A stretch of DNA of 46,019 bases from Catajapyx aquilonaris (taxonomy: Eukaryota). A model generated the notes under the pieces. The model was not told where the DNA came from. It made no database searches and worked only from the letters and a program-made list of their open reading frames with translations. The stretch is taken from NCBI GenBank assembly GCA_000934665.2, contig KZ538017.1, forward strand, positions 124,001 to 170,019, in the 5' to 3' direction. Of the stretch, positions 24,288 to 36,213 are shown one piece after another (positions within the stretch are counted from its first letter, which is position 1; the number at the start of each line of letters is the position of its first letter). Both the position numbers and the translations under genes were made by a program.

Positions 24288-26035
24288 TCAGAGTATGACT
24301 TCGTATATGGCCGGAGTGTGGTCTATCTCCTCGTATATGTTCTCGTGGTGGTGGTGGTTGGGCGATGCGTACACCGGCGGGTTGTTGCAGTGGTCCTGCG
24401 GCTGGATGTACACTGGTCCCACTCCGATGTCCATTGTTGACGTCTCCGGAATGTTGGTCCGCGCCGTTCCGTACAGCGTGTTGAGCTTGAACTCCTCGCT
24501 CTCGATGCTTCCGGGGCAGAACTCCAGAACGCTGTTCTTCTCCACGCAGTCGTCCATGTACTGCTGGTTGTTGCTGGACAGCGAGAGGCGCCAGAGGTAC
24601 CTGCGCTGGCGCTTCCGGCTCTTCACGGCCATTGCCGTCCCGATGGTGACCAGGACGGCAACCAGGACCAGCGCTCCCATCGATATTCCGACTGCAACTG
24701 TTTCAAAGTGTGAGTATGTGCGCGATTATTGTACCGGGTACGTACCGTATGTAGTGGACAGGTCCAAGTGCGCTTCCATTGCTCCTGGGCCGCCTTCGCT
24801 CAACAGTACGCACCGTGGTGGCTCACCAGTCCACTGTCCGCCGATGCAGCGTCTCACCGGATCGCCCCCGTCCAACCGGTACCCCCGAGGACATGCGTAC
24901 CGGACCATATCGCCCTCCTCGTAGTCCGGGTTGTCCATCAGCAGTGTGCCCCATGGCCGTCCAGGAGCGCCACACCGCACCGGCCTGGTCTTGCACACGT
25001 ACGAGTTCAGCATGTGGCACTCCCTGGGATACCAGTGGTACCCCGACTTCCGGCGGAGGACGGCACACCGGCCAGTCTCATTCCCGGCTTCCGCGACGAA
25101 GCTGTGGTCCCGCAGTGCAGAGCCGTCCAACCAGCGCCAACGGTCGGTATGGTTCAACCCGATGTAGTAGTACAATGCGGCCCAGTTGGCATTGTGCTCC
25201 AGGAACGACTGCACCAGTGGCGATATAGGACCAGGGAGCGACCCGTTTTGCGCCCCACACGATGTGACCGCCTGCCCAAAATTGGATCGGGTATGCAGGA
25301 AGGAGTAGCAGTCCAGGCTGAGCGTCCGGACATAGTCCTTCTCGCCTGGAACGGTGCGGCACCAGCTCCGTGGGACGCTGGTGTTGCTTAAGACCTGGAT
25401 GTGTCCGATGTTGTGGTGGCTCAGCATCAGCACTTTCAGCTTGAGCTGGGTGGCCACCAGCGGACTTGAGAGGGTCAGCCGGTGGGTCTTCATCTGGCTG
25501 TCCATGTTCAGTATGGCCATCATCGTCGTCGCACCGTCCAGAAGGATGTTCAGCTCCTGGTTGGACATGACCACGACCGCGTGCACCAGCGACTGTTGGA
25601 ACAGGTTGATGCTTATGGTGTGGATACCAGGGCACCGGTGGAATCCGTCCGATCCAGCCGTGCACTTGGGGTCGAAATTGGTGTTGTTGTTGTCCGCAAC
25701 GTCCACCGCTGCAATCGCGCTAATTAGTGACTTGTTGCGGTATGACCCTGCATACTCACCGCAAATGGGTGGCTGCTGGTCCCACGTTCCGTTGTTGATG
25801 CAGTGTCTGTGCGCCGCTCCCAGAAGCGTGTAGCCGTCATCGCATGTGCAGGCGAGGACGGATCCCTCGGGGACGGTCTCCCCCGTGAAGTTGCACAGAG
25901 TGTGCGGGTTGCTCCCGGGGTACAGGCACACTGCAACAATACGCAACAATCAACCGGGGGGGCAACAACAAGCCGTCGGTACACACCTGAAGCGGCAGAC
26001 AGCTGGGCGAGAAGCAGCACGACGGAGGTGGTCAT
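24288..26035 (-). CDS. Type I membrane protein with sushi/CCP, C-type lectin and second sushi domains (furrowed/selectin-like)
   Basis: Exons 26035-25987 (alternative ATG 26071), 25930-25760, 25708-24746 and 24697-24288. Signal peptide; CCP (CDDGYTLLG..C...GTW...PPIC); CTLD (CY.F...NF..A...C, YIGL, WRWLDGS, W.PREC...NSYVC); second CCP; TM helix VAVGISMGALVLVAVLVTIGTAMAV followed by KSRKR; Tyr-motif tail. Confidence 0.85.
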
Positions 26036-26870
26036 CTTCCGTGCAGCTCCACCATTGTTGTTGTTTTTCATTGCGGCTCGGTACTTGGTTTCAATGACTA
26101 CGTTTTGCGGTTAGATGAAGTCAACCTTTCGCACTGTTCCATGATTATGTGAGCCTCCCCCGCCCCCCTCCACTGGTTCACCCCACATCCCAAGAAAGAG
26201 GAAGTTGATAATACAGACTGATTTAAACGGAAGTGGGAACTTTAGAGGGGTGGAAGTCATCCCCCTCTCCCGGACCCCCCAACCACCCCACATTATTTTT
26301 TTTTAAACCATAGAGAGACTTCCTCTCTCCGAAAAGCAGTGTTGGATCACGGTACGTTCAAGGGCAGAAGTACAACCAGTAAGTTCAGGGAACTTGTTTT
26401 ATTTGCGTATTTCCACATTGTCGGCTCCATTTTAAAAAATTACCGTGAAATTTTAAGGTGGTACATACATTTTTCTTTAAAACTGAGACGACGGGCGTAC
26501 CCATTTTTATTTGTCACTAGTTCAATTGTAGCATATGTAAGGCCTCGGGGGGGGGGGGGGGGGGNGGGGGGGGTGTACGTTGCGTGCAGGCGATAAAATA
26601 AAAATATGGCACAACCACTTGTTCTCCGCCACGCAAAATACTGTAAGTGCACTTATTTGTTCATAAATACTCAACAATAAATATCTACAAAAACTCAACA
26701 AGTCTTTTTTTTGTACGGTGCACCGGTTTATCACTATAATTTTACCCTGCAACTTCGCACCATTGGTTATAAAGCGGTGGGTGTAAAACGTGTGTAAAAC
26801 GTCCAGCGAGTTTGGCCCCGCTTGCCTGATTCCGAAAAAAAATAAATCACATTGCACTTGGGTGTTATTA

Positions 26871-27738
26871 TCACAAGACTACGAGCGGCGGTAATTTCCT
26901 AGAGGTGATGGTGACGCGGCAGTCCCTTTCCGACGGCGGCTCATGGCGGCCCTGAAGGACCAGCGTGCGGTGCAGCTCCAACCGTGCTTTCCGTACGACA
27001 TACAGCATCAGACACACGCCGATGCACACCTGTAATTGAAGCCGGTGGTATTAATTGTGGCGTGCAATCGCGACCAGCTTGTACCTGAATTGCGAGGACG
27101 GCGTATCCGACGGTTGCGGTGGCTTCGTCCGCTAGTACGTCCTGCATTGAGCGGAATGTGCTGCCGAAGTACACGTTGAGCGCTTGCGTGGGTAGCAGCC
27201 CGGCGACCGTGGCGCACATGTACCGCCGGGTTCCGACTTGTCCCAGAGCGAACAACGCGTTTTGTAGTCCGAACGGCACGGGTGTGAGCCGCGCCAGAAG
27301 GACTATCCGGAAGGCGTCCGGCCCCTGCAGGAGGAGGAGGACCAGCATGGGGTGTGGCAGCAGCCGCGACAGCAACGCATGGGCGGTTGAGCGTGCTAAT
27401 GAGACGTGCCGCATCAGGACATGCGCGCACAGGAGGCCGGTCGAAGCGGTTGCGACGATGAGCGCCAGTCCGTTGCATGCTCCGAACAGGTACCCCGCGG
27501 CCAGACACAGCGCGGTGTACCCCCAGCAGCAGGGCAGCGACACCAGGGCAAACAATGCTGAGAACAACAGCAGGGCGGCCCACCCCGGCTGCGACTCGAC
27601 CCACACCAGCGCGCCGCGGAGGTGCGAGGCCAGCAGGAGTGCGGCTCCCCCCAGGGACAGTGCCCATGCGAACCACTGGCAGGTGGCCCACCAGCACCCA
27701 TTGCTGTCCGGCTGGTGCGCCGCCCCATTCAGGACCAT
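26871..27738 (-). CDS. TMEM64: Transmembrane protein 64-like (VTT/SNARE-associated, TVP38 family)
   Basis: Exons 27738-27085 and 27029-26871. Motifs VSLPCCWGYTALCLAAGYLFG, LARLTPVPFGLQNALF, GLLPTQALNVYFGSTFRSMQDV. An acceptor at 27775 suggests an upstream exon that may be non-coding. Confidence 0.88.
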
Positions 27739-28721
27739 CGCCGCATTAGCATCACTGATGCGCTGTGCCGCACCCTGTGGAACAAAACCACTTAATCTTA
27801 TCACATGCTACAGCTGTAATGAGAGATTAGAGGTATGACCTTGACCGGTACACCTGTAATTAGTGTGGATTAGAACATACATATGCGTCATTGGCGAATG
27901 TTTTTGCATGCGAATTACCGCCCGTGGTGTGCGTGTGTGGCTGCCGAATCCAGGCCTGCTCCTGTGGGAACCCAGGGGAACAACGGGCGCGGATCGAGTC
28001 CCGTTCCTTCCCGAATTAAATCAACAGGGAATGGCCCAGCCAGCCATGTCCGCCATAACTACCGTATATCCCGATACCGTATCTGGGCGGGAAGTTCGAA
28101 ATTTGACCCCACTTGACCCTTACCTTACCGACATTTTTGGCCACCACCGCAGCAGGACCAACAAGGGGATGTCAACTGGCCCCAGCCGCATGCATTATTC
28201 CCACTTCAATCAACAGATCAATGCGCATCAATAATTCGTGCGTCATGGGAATTGCTTATTGCATCGAATGCGGGGCACAAATTGCAGGGGGTGGCTCTCC
28301 CTCAGCCGGTAATTAGGGCAGTACGTACCTATAACCAGCGGTTGTCAGGCCAGGCCGCAAAAGTAATAAGGATTTGGATCGGTATATACACGGCGCACGT
28401 ATATAATGAATAAGTGGAAAGGACGGGCGGTATCTGCCTTTTTTGTTCCGTTAGGGTCTTTTTATTGGCTCCATTATCAGTTAACAATTGGCAGAGCGAT
28501 GAGGTTCATATTTGCATCCGCAGCATTGTACACATCAGCACAATGGCACAAATATAAAAAAAAGGGCCTGCTGCTGCTTTTTATGGGAGGCTGCGTACGA
28601 TAATAATGGAAAAAAAGGCTCGCTTTGCAGGCAATTCGCAGCGTAACCGCGCACAAATAGAACTGTGCGGTTCCCTAAATTTACAATTAAAAGGACTCAA
28701 TTAAAAAAAAATTTTAAAGCC

Positions 28722-28850
28722 ACATTGTTGCGCTTATTTTTGGCCTAAGCGTCGGCACAATTATTGGAAGACATTGTTGCACTTATTGTTGGGCTAAGCA
28801 TTGGCACAATTATAGGAAGACATTGTTGCACTTTCCTGTTGGCACAATTT
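28722..28850. repeat. ~50 bp tandem repeat (about 2.5 copies, plus a diverged copy near 29030-29085)
   Basis: ACATTGTTGC(G/A)CTTATT..TTGG.CTAAGC.T.GGCACAATTAT.GGAAG repeated. Confidence 0.75.
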
Positions 28851-29106
28851 GATGGTGTTAAGCAATAACGGGTCAACCCACAGAAATGTTAAAATTGAGC
28901 CACACGCACCCAAAGGATCATTAAGTTAAAATCACGCTGGTTAAATATACATAGATGACCGAAAAGGACACTGAATTAATTTCACAGGTACGACCTTCAT
29001 GTGGGTCGACTCGTTATTGCGTAACACAGTCCAATTATTGCAGATTGTTGACTTATATTGTTGGCACTGTTGTTGGAAGACATTGGTTTTTGTTGAGGTG
29101 GACCAG

Positions 29107-30813
29107 CTAATGTTTTTGCACGTGTTCGCTGAACACGGTGCGTAGGACCTTCAGCGAGAAGTCGACGTCATCTTTCCTGATGCACATTGGCGGCTTGAAC
29201 CTCAACACCTGCGAAATGTACCGTGCGGTTAATTAAGCGCAACTGAACGGTCATAATGAGAATACTTACGGATCCGTACACTCCTCCCTTTCCGAGCAAC
29301 ACGCCCAGGTCCCTAGTGCGGTCCATGATGCGTACAAACTGATCTGCAGGCAGCGGCGTCCGCTTCTCGGCGTCCTGCACCAGCTCGACACCTATCATCA
29401 GCCCTTTGCCTCTAACGTCCCCGACCAGTGTTGGGAACTCGTCTCGCAGCGACGCCAGTCCCTGCAGAAAGTACGTGCCAACGTCCAGGCTCCTCTCCTG
29501 CAAACCCTCTTCGCGTATGACCTCCAGGGTGGCAAGTCCTGCGGCGCACGACACAGGGTTGCCTCCGAATGTGTTGAAATGAAGCGCTTGGGTTAAGCTC
29601 GATGCAATCTCAGGTGTGGTTACGACTGCAGCGAGCGGTGCGCCGTTGCCCATACCCTTAGCCATTGTGACAATATCGGGTACAACGCCGTGCATTTGGA
29701 ACCCCCAGAAGTGCTCCCCGGTACGTCCGAACCCAGTCTGCACCTCGTCTGACACGCAGACGCCACCAGCACGGCGGACGGACTCGAACACCCGCTTGAC
29801 ATACCCACGAGGCAACTGCACCGTGCCGCCAATCCCTGCAATTAATTTATATTAATCCTTTCCAGGACACCTTGACAAACAGTGCCGTACCTTGAATTGA
29901 CTCGCAGAAGTATGCTGCAAGCCGGCCTTTCGGTACGCAGTGTGCAATGCAGTCGTCTACGTCCGCTGCGTACTTCACCGCAGCGTCGCATTCACCGGTG
30001 CAGCCGCATTTCCGTGTTGTTTGCACTGGCGAATCCCTGCAGTTCTGTCCGCCCCACGGTCCTCTGTATGGGTCTGCGTTCAGCACTTGGGTCACTCCAG
30101 GCGTACCCACCGTCTCGTACTTGAACGGCCCCATCGACGTGAGCGCCATGACCTGCGGGCTCATACCGTGGTAGCCGTTACGCAACGATATGATCGTATT
30201 AGAACGAGTATGCAGCCGGCTCATTAGTATGGCCAAGTCGTTTGCTTCAGATCCGCTGTTGACAAAGTAAACGACGGACAGCGGCTCCGGGAGCGTCCTC
30301 GCAAGTTCTTGAGCATATTCGTGTATCTTCGGATGCAAGTAGATGTTGGTCGTGTGGCACAGTTGCGACGTCTGCGCATGCACAGCTTCGGTCACCTTCC
30401 TGCAATTGCGGCGCATTACATTGCGGCACATAACCTTAACTTCATATACGTACGGATGGCAGTGTCCGACGCTGACTGTGACAATCCCGCCGAACAGATC
30501 CAGGTACCGGCGGTTGTTCTGGTCATACAGCCACTGCATATGCCCTTGGTGGATCAACAGCGGTTTGGAGTAGTAGGTCATGAGGGCAGGGGTCAGGTGC
30601 TGCTTGCGGATCTGCATGACCTGGTCGTACGACGGGCCTGCGTACTTGGCCGGTACGAAGCTGCATGGCGGCATCTCAGGTGCGGTTGACAGCTTGCGCA
30701 CCATGCCCCTTATTGCACCTGTGGTAAGTACATGTGAGTACCCCGCACATGTAATTGCAGTAATTGCGCTTACCTGCTGGTGCCAATTGCTTGTTGATTG
30801 CGGCCCACATCAT
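29107..30813 (-). CDS. AGXT2: Alanine-glyoxylate aminotransferase 2, mitochondrial (class III aminotransferase)
   Basis: Exons 30813-30774, 30718-30454, 30399-29891, 29835-29270 and 29208-29107. Motifs [75 protein letters not shown]. Basic transit-like N-terminus. Confidence 0.95.
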
Positions 30814-31081
30814 TGTTCCCGTGTGATGTGCAGCAACTTCAAGTGAAGGTCAAGGGTGGGGATGGAGCTGCTGGATACAAGCCAATTCAACAACCCGTAT
30901 AGCTGACCTTGACCTCTCCACGTGCGCACATTTTTTTCGTAATTTAAAAGGACCGTCACAGTACCGGTTGGCATCCTGGCAGCCATTAAAATTAGCCATG
31001 AACACATTTAAATACGTGTTATTGTCTAGTTGAAGCAGTTGGCATCGATTAATTAAATTAATTCAAAATTGCGCGCGTGGT

Positions 31082-31327
31082 GGCAGCCATCTTGCAGCTC
31101 CCAGCCAATCACGAAAGGTGATCCTGTCACGTGATGTAACATGGCGGCATGTACGTGTGTGTCGCCATCTTGGTGCTCCTAGCCAATCACAGCAGCTCCC
31201 GTAGTCACGTGGTGCAACATGGCGGCTTTTGCGTGTGTAAGCGGCCATCTTGGTGCTCGTACTTTGCAGCACCAATCGGACAGCAGCATTCTGATCACAT
31301 GATCATCCGACGCGCAAGATGGCGGGC
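31082..31327. promoter_or_regulatory. Bidirectional promoter between AGXT2 and ENTR1, built from three YY1-CCAAT-E-box modules
   Basis: Three consecutive units of the form GCCATCTTG...CCAATC...TCAC(G/A)TG...(C/T)AA(C/G)ATGGCGG, located between head-to-head genes. Confidence 0.65.
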
Positions 31328-31456
31328 AAGTTCGGCTTCAATGTGGAGACTATTGTAAACTAGGAGAGAGGAGCTGAAAAGGGCGTGATTGATTCGCCCC
31401 TGGTTTGGGCTTTGCCCCGGGGCGGAACTAGGGGCGGGCACCCCACTCGGAAAGGG

Positions 31457-32762
31457 ATGGACGAGGCCGGGTCTCCCACAGGTGCTGGCGGCCCCGAGGC
31501 GGCCCAGGGGCAGGACAGCACTGCCAACAGGCAACCGCAACGTAACCCTGCAGGTAACGAGTACGCACTTACAATGAGTAACAAGTACAAATCAGGACAC
31601 CTAATTGCAGAGGCGGCAGCACCGAGACGTGAGGACAACCCGTTTTCATTCCGGCACTTCCTGAACCAGGACCATTTCGCGGGGCAAGGCGCACGGCCCA
31701 AGATGTACCGCAACAGTGGCGGACGTCCGCCGGATGCAAGCCCGCCACCGGTGTCCCCAACCAGACAGCGCCAGCGCATGTCCGCAGCACCTGACTTCGC
31801 ATCGGCCCTACCCGATTTCGTCCAGGACCATCTGATTGTCGAGCAGAACATGCATGACAACGGACCGCCGCGCTCCTGCTCGTTGGACCTGGACAACCTG
31901 CCAGACTTCGCTATTATTAACGGTGGAGCATCGCCGGTAAATGCGTCGCCGGTTGTGTCCCCGCCGATTGGTGACATCCCGCTGTTCGAGGCCAGTGCGG
32001 ACGGGGACGGACCGGTCCTGCCAGACTTCCTCTCGGACGCAGCCTCTGCTAGCAACAACGGCGACAGCACCGAGCTGCTGCGCCTCCAGGAGGACAACGG
32101 GCGGCTCACCCGGCAGCTGGAGGAGGCCCGGGAGCTGCTACGAGCTGAGATCAAAAAGTAAGGCTGCGTCAGCTTATGTAGCATGATCTGACCAAACTGG
32201 TTGCAGGAATGAACGGCTTGAGAGTCGTCTGTCGCGTGAGAGGCTGAAGGAGCGGGAGGAAGGCGAGGCGCTGGAGGCTGCGGTTGGGAGCATCGAGAGG
32301 CGGCTGGAGGACGCACAGAGAAGGGCGCAGAGGGCGGAGGAAGCTGCGGCCAGGCTCAGGCGGGAGCTGAGGGACGCGCAGGGCCAGGCGGACACCCTCA
32401 AGGAGGAGAACCGCAGGCTGTCCGCACGAGGGGCGTCCGCTACGGACGTCTCGCAGTCGCAAGCCATGCAAGCCGCCTCCCAGATCAGGGCAGCGGCTTC
32501 AACTGCCGAGCACTCTCTCAGGTGCTGTATTCCCCAAGCCGTTACAATATTGATTTACTTCCCCAATCCCAAGGAGAAACAACCAATCTCCAAAACGACA
32601 CCGTTACTATAGGTTTGGAGATTGGTTGTTTCTCCTTGGGACTGCAGTGTAGTTGGACATAACCTAGTTTCTGATTCCAGGCAGCTGCTCCGTGGCGTCG
32701 AGGGCCTCAAGTTGGTCGCCTCGTCGCTTGAAGACGCCCACCGATTCAACGAGGACAAATGA
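31457..32762 (+). CDS. ENTR1: Endosome-associated trafficking regulator 1 (SDCCAG3) homologue
   Basis: Exons 31553-ending exon 1 (31457-31553), 31611-32157, 32207-32521 and 32681-32762. Motifs EDNPFSFRHFL, LPDFVQDHL and repeated LPDF; a coiled coil; C-terminal AASTAEHSLRQLLRGVEGLKLVASSL. Confidence 0.82.
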
Positions 32763-33284
32763 AAATCCTAGTGTGCATCACGACCAGTCATTAAAAGCGC
32801 CAATGTACAGCGTGTACAGTCCAGTCAACCAAAAAAACAATTTTAGGACAATTTTTGTGTAGCGGCGTTCTTTGTACATAGCAGTGTCCGTCAGTGTCCG
32901 TATGTGTCATGTTCCTAAGTCAGAATTGCTTTTTTTTTTGAAAGCCCAATTTTACCGAGTCAAGTGGAGCCATTCTGTACATACCTGTTTTTCCCCTCAT
33001 AGTGGTTGTGCATGTACCCCATTTTTTTTTAAAAAAAAAGAAGAAAAAAAAGGCCGTAATGGTAAAAAAGGCAGGTTCGCAAAACTCTTAACTCCCGAAG
33101 TAACCAAAGTGCTTGTGCATAATATTTTGTTACCAGTTGTCGACAATAAAACAAGTGGAAGCCGCTAGTAACATGCCGCTTATGTGTTGCCACCGGTTGC
33201 CCTGGTCACCCAAGCTGGACAAACAATCAAGCACACTAATGGGTCTAAAAACAACATACGTTGCCTTGTATGAAAGGGTTGTCT

Positions 33285-33672
33285 GTGGCATTTTCGTCCC
33301 TCTGCTACTTACTGCTAACTTAGAAGTGCTGCTAACTTAGAAGTGCTGCTAACTTAGAAGTAGGCCTACTTAGAAGTGCTGCTAACTTAGAAGTAGGCCT
33401 ACTTAGAAGTGCTGCTAACTTAGAAGTAGGCCTACTTAGAAGTGCTGCTAACTTAGAAGTAGGCCTACTTAGAAGTGCTGCTAACTTAGAAGTAGGCCTA
33501 CTTAGAAGTGCTGCTAACTTAGAAGTGCTGCTAACTTAGAAGTAGGCATACTTAGAAGTGCTGCTAACTTAGAAGTAGGCATACTTAGAAGTGCTGCTAA
33601 CTTAGAAGTAGGTTGGCAGTGGTAGTACTTCTATATGTTGGCAGTAACTAGAGCAGCGGGACGAAAATTCTC
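33285..33672. mobile_element. MITE-like element containing a 16/17-bp higher-order minisatellite
   Basis: Imperfect terminal inverted repeats ATTTTCGTCCCTCTGCT..TTACTGC / GCAGTAA...AGCAGCGGGACGAAAAT. They enclose an array (~33312-33612) of GCTGCTAACTTAGAAGT and AGGC(C/A)TACTTAGAAGT units. Confidence 0.65.
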
Positions 33673-33803
33673 TACCCAGTGTAAAATTAAATTAAAATTA
33701 CGGGAAACGCGAGGCGTATTGAATGTGTTCCCGGATTAAAAATTTAATTTCCTCGAAACCATAAATATATTTAGAAAAATAAAACAAATAAAAAAAAGAT
33801 CCT

Positions 33804-33875
33804 CTCCCCGGCGGGGAATCGAACCCCGGTCTCCCGCGTGACAGGCGGGGATACTAACCACTATACTACCGAGGA
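33804..33875 (-). tRNA. tRNA-Asp (GTC)
   Basis: Minus strand reads TCCTCGGTAGTATAGTGGTTAGTATCCCCGCCTGTCACGCGGGAGACCGGGGTTCGATTCCCCGCCGGGGAG (72 nt), a canonical eukaryotic tRNA-Asp. A T-run Pol III terminator follows at ~33797-33790. Confidence 0.98.
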
Positions 33876-34395
33876 CTCGGCTTGATTCGTTGGCTTCGAA
33901 AGTTGGTACCAATCGGCCTGCCCGTGACGTCAAACTCATCATCACCGCAATTAATCACACTAATTAATGACGCCTCATTGCCCAAATTTAGGCACAATCA
34001 CTGTAGTGCTGGTGACGTAAAATTTCGGTAGGGAGTCACGTGACTCGGAAGCGGTTGGCAACATTGCTCCAGTTCGAAATTCGAATCCAAGATGGCGACT
34101 TGAGTTCCCGCCGAAGTTAACGTTCCTTTGCATTGTTCCGGTTTTAGTTAATTAATTGATAGGTAATTAGGCTGAGTGCATTGCTGTACCTGTACCGGAC
34201 ACTTGGTGAGTACGGCGAGTACCTGCTGGTTGTAATATTGTGGTACATTGCATTACATGTAATAGTCTACATTGCGTACATTACATTATAGACCACAATA
34301 CATTACATTAGTCCACAATACATTACATTGCATTAGTCTGCATTACATTGCATTACATGCCGTGCTGTTATTATTTCAGCTTGACCACCAACAAG

Positions 34396-35574
34396 ATGAG
34401 TCGTCGTTCGAAGGATGGCCCGTGGGATGAGGCTGGAGTGTTCCGGATGCTTCGTCAGCTCAAGACGCACCCGGAGCTGGTGGAGTGCTTGGAGGAGGTT
34501 CTGGTCGGGAGCGTGAACAGGGGAGGAGGGGAGGTGGGTAAGAGGCAGGCGGAGGAGGACCGGAGGAGGCTGGGGCTGGTCAAGGAGAAGCTGGAGAAGG
34601 TCAAGAATGCGGCGGGGCGGGGAGGGAAGGCGCACGTGTACATGCAGATGGTGCACACTGTCGTCAAGGCCTTAAAGGGGCTGTACGCAAAGAGCGACCT
34701 GAATGAAAAGGCCTTGCAGCTGCAGCTCTACAGTAAGTACATGCTGTATCAAACCATGTGGAAGTACACCTGTTCGCTCATTGCAGTGGTGGCGACTAGA
34801 CGAATGCGGCGCAACTGGACCGCATTCCGGATGACAAGCGACGCCAGACCCGACTCGTTCCCGACCCCAAGGCAGCTGTGCCACCGACTGATGCGCTCCC
34901 TCATCCAGCAGCAGACGCAATGCACCGTGTTCGCATCAGAGCACGACAGCATCAGGTACCTGGTGCTGTGTACACGCAAGGAGCAAAAGGGAAAGAAAGG
35001 GCACTACACCGCCCCTGTATTCATGGCGCTCTATCCTGGCCGGCCGCACATGTGCTGCAGCGCTTCCAACCCGGACCAGCAGTACCAAAAGGCGCTGCTG
35101 GATGCCCTGGGCTATTCAGGGCTGAAGCGCCTGCGCCTGCAGGACCCCAACCTGACGTCGCTGTTTGACCTGATGCACAACAAGGACAGGGGCACCGCCA
35201 TAGTCGCATCTGGGTTGGTCCAGAGCCTGGGGATGCCCATGGGTGAGTCCAGCAGCGAGTCGGATGAAGACCAGGATATCGTGGATGTGGATGCCACCAA
35301 GGAGCGGAGGAGAAAGGAGCTGGCTAAGGAGGTGTTTGGAACGGAGCGGCTGCCCAGGCTGACCACCATTGCCATGAGGGTGAACGCGCCACTGCAGACC
35401 GCAAGGGCCCTGAACGAGCTCCCATTCCAGATGACCATCATGCTGAGAGGGGCGGACGTCCTGAACGGAGTGGTGGAGCTGGTCAAGCGGGGGGACATTG
35501 AGAGCCCACTGCCTGACCACATCAAGCGCCTGCCCTACTCGGCCACCAACCAGATCAGCCTCTCTTGCCAATAG
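34396..35574 (+). CDS. CENPN: Centromere protein N (CENP-N/Chl4)-like, ~374 aa
   Basis: Exons 34396-34732 and 34787-35574 (54-nt GTAAGT..TTGCAG intron). Collinear similarity to human CENP-N as I recall it: RNWTAFRM~KVWEVFQM, PVFMALYPGRPH~PTYVVYYSQTPY, LQDPNLTSL~LRSRYLDSL, KEVFGTERLPRL~QETFGDYPQPQL, LVKRGDIESPL~LAPAGIADAPL. YY1 motif at ~34088 and a 5' UTR intron. Confidence 0.75.
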   Translation: MSRRSKDGPWDEAGVFRMLRQLKTHPELVECLEEVLVGSVNRGGGEVGKRQAEEDRRRLGLVKEKLEKVKNAAGRGGKAHVYMQMVHTVVKALKGLYAKSDLNEKALQLQLYSKYMLYQTMWKYTCSLIAVVATRRMRRNWTAFRMTSDARPDSFPTPRQLCHRLMRSLIQQQTQCTVFASEHDSIRYLVLCTRKEQKGKKGHYTAPVFMALYPGRPHMCCSASNPDQQYQKALLDALGYSGLKRLRLQDPNLTSLFDLMHNKDRGTAIVASGLVQSLGMPMGESSSESDEDQDIVDVDATKERRRKELAKEVFGTERLPRLTTIAMRVNAPLQTARALNELPFQMTIMLRGADVLNGVVELVKRGDIESPLPDHIKRLPYSATNQISLSCQ

Positions 35575-36107
35575 TTTGCTCCACGTTTACTGCAATCTCC
35601 CAAATGTATTGCCTCCCTGGCTGTGCCTTATTATGCAGAATATGACCATCTTGCGATGTGCTCATAAAGGATGTAAAAGAGGAAATGTGGCGTAATCATG
35701 GTTATAAACCCCAAAATGTACCGATGAAGCTGCAATTTTGTACCGAGATGGAAAATACAGTCCGCAGCGTTGTTCTTGCTTACATCGTTTCACATGGGTC
35801 CTTTTGTAATGATAATTTCCTTCCAGCTTCAGTTACCTCTCTGTGCCATGCAAACTCACAGGCGAGTACGGAGTGATTACATGTCTGGAATTTTGACTGC
35901 CACACACTTGAACATGTAATTTCCTCAGTAAGATATTTGCTCAATTACGTACAAGACTGACAACCACTGTATGAGTGGGGAATCCCCGCTCATGTTCCAC
36001 TTGGGTAATCCCTGCACTTAGCCGAACATCTATGCAAATTACACCTTATTAATCCCACTTTAATTAAACACTGAAATTAACTTAAAAATTGACAAAAGCT
36101 GTTCAAA

Positions 36108-36213
36108 TATCGATATTTCCCCCGTCTGGTTCCCGAATCGATATTTTTTCTACAGCTCTGTCGCACAATATCGATACTGTGCGGTGCATATCGATATCCC
36201 CATTGAATCGATT
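36108..36213. promoter_or_regulatory. DRE (TATCGATA) cluster in the AARSD1 promoter
   Basis: Perfect TATCGATA at 36108-36115, 36169-36176 and 36189-36196, plus two ATCGAT variants, ~190-280 bp upstream of the ATG. Confidence 0.7.

Noticed and set aside
26547..26573. Poly-G tract as a G-quadruplex regulatory element
   Set aside because: It is a homopolymer containing an N, so its length is unreliable, and nothing else supports a function.
34240..34360. ACATT(A/G)C-type short repeats upstream of CENP-N
   Set aside because: Simple low-complexity repeat within a probable 5' UTR intron.
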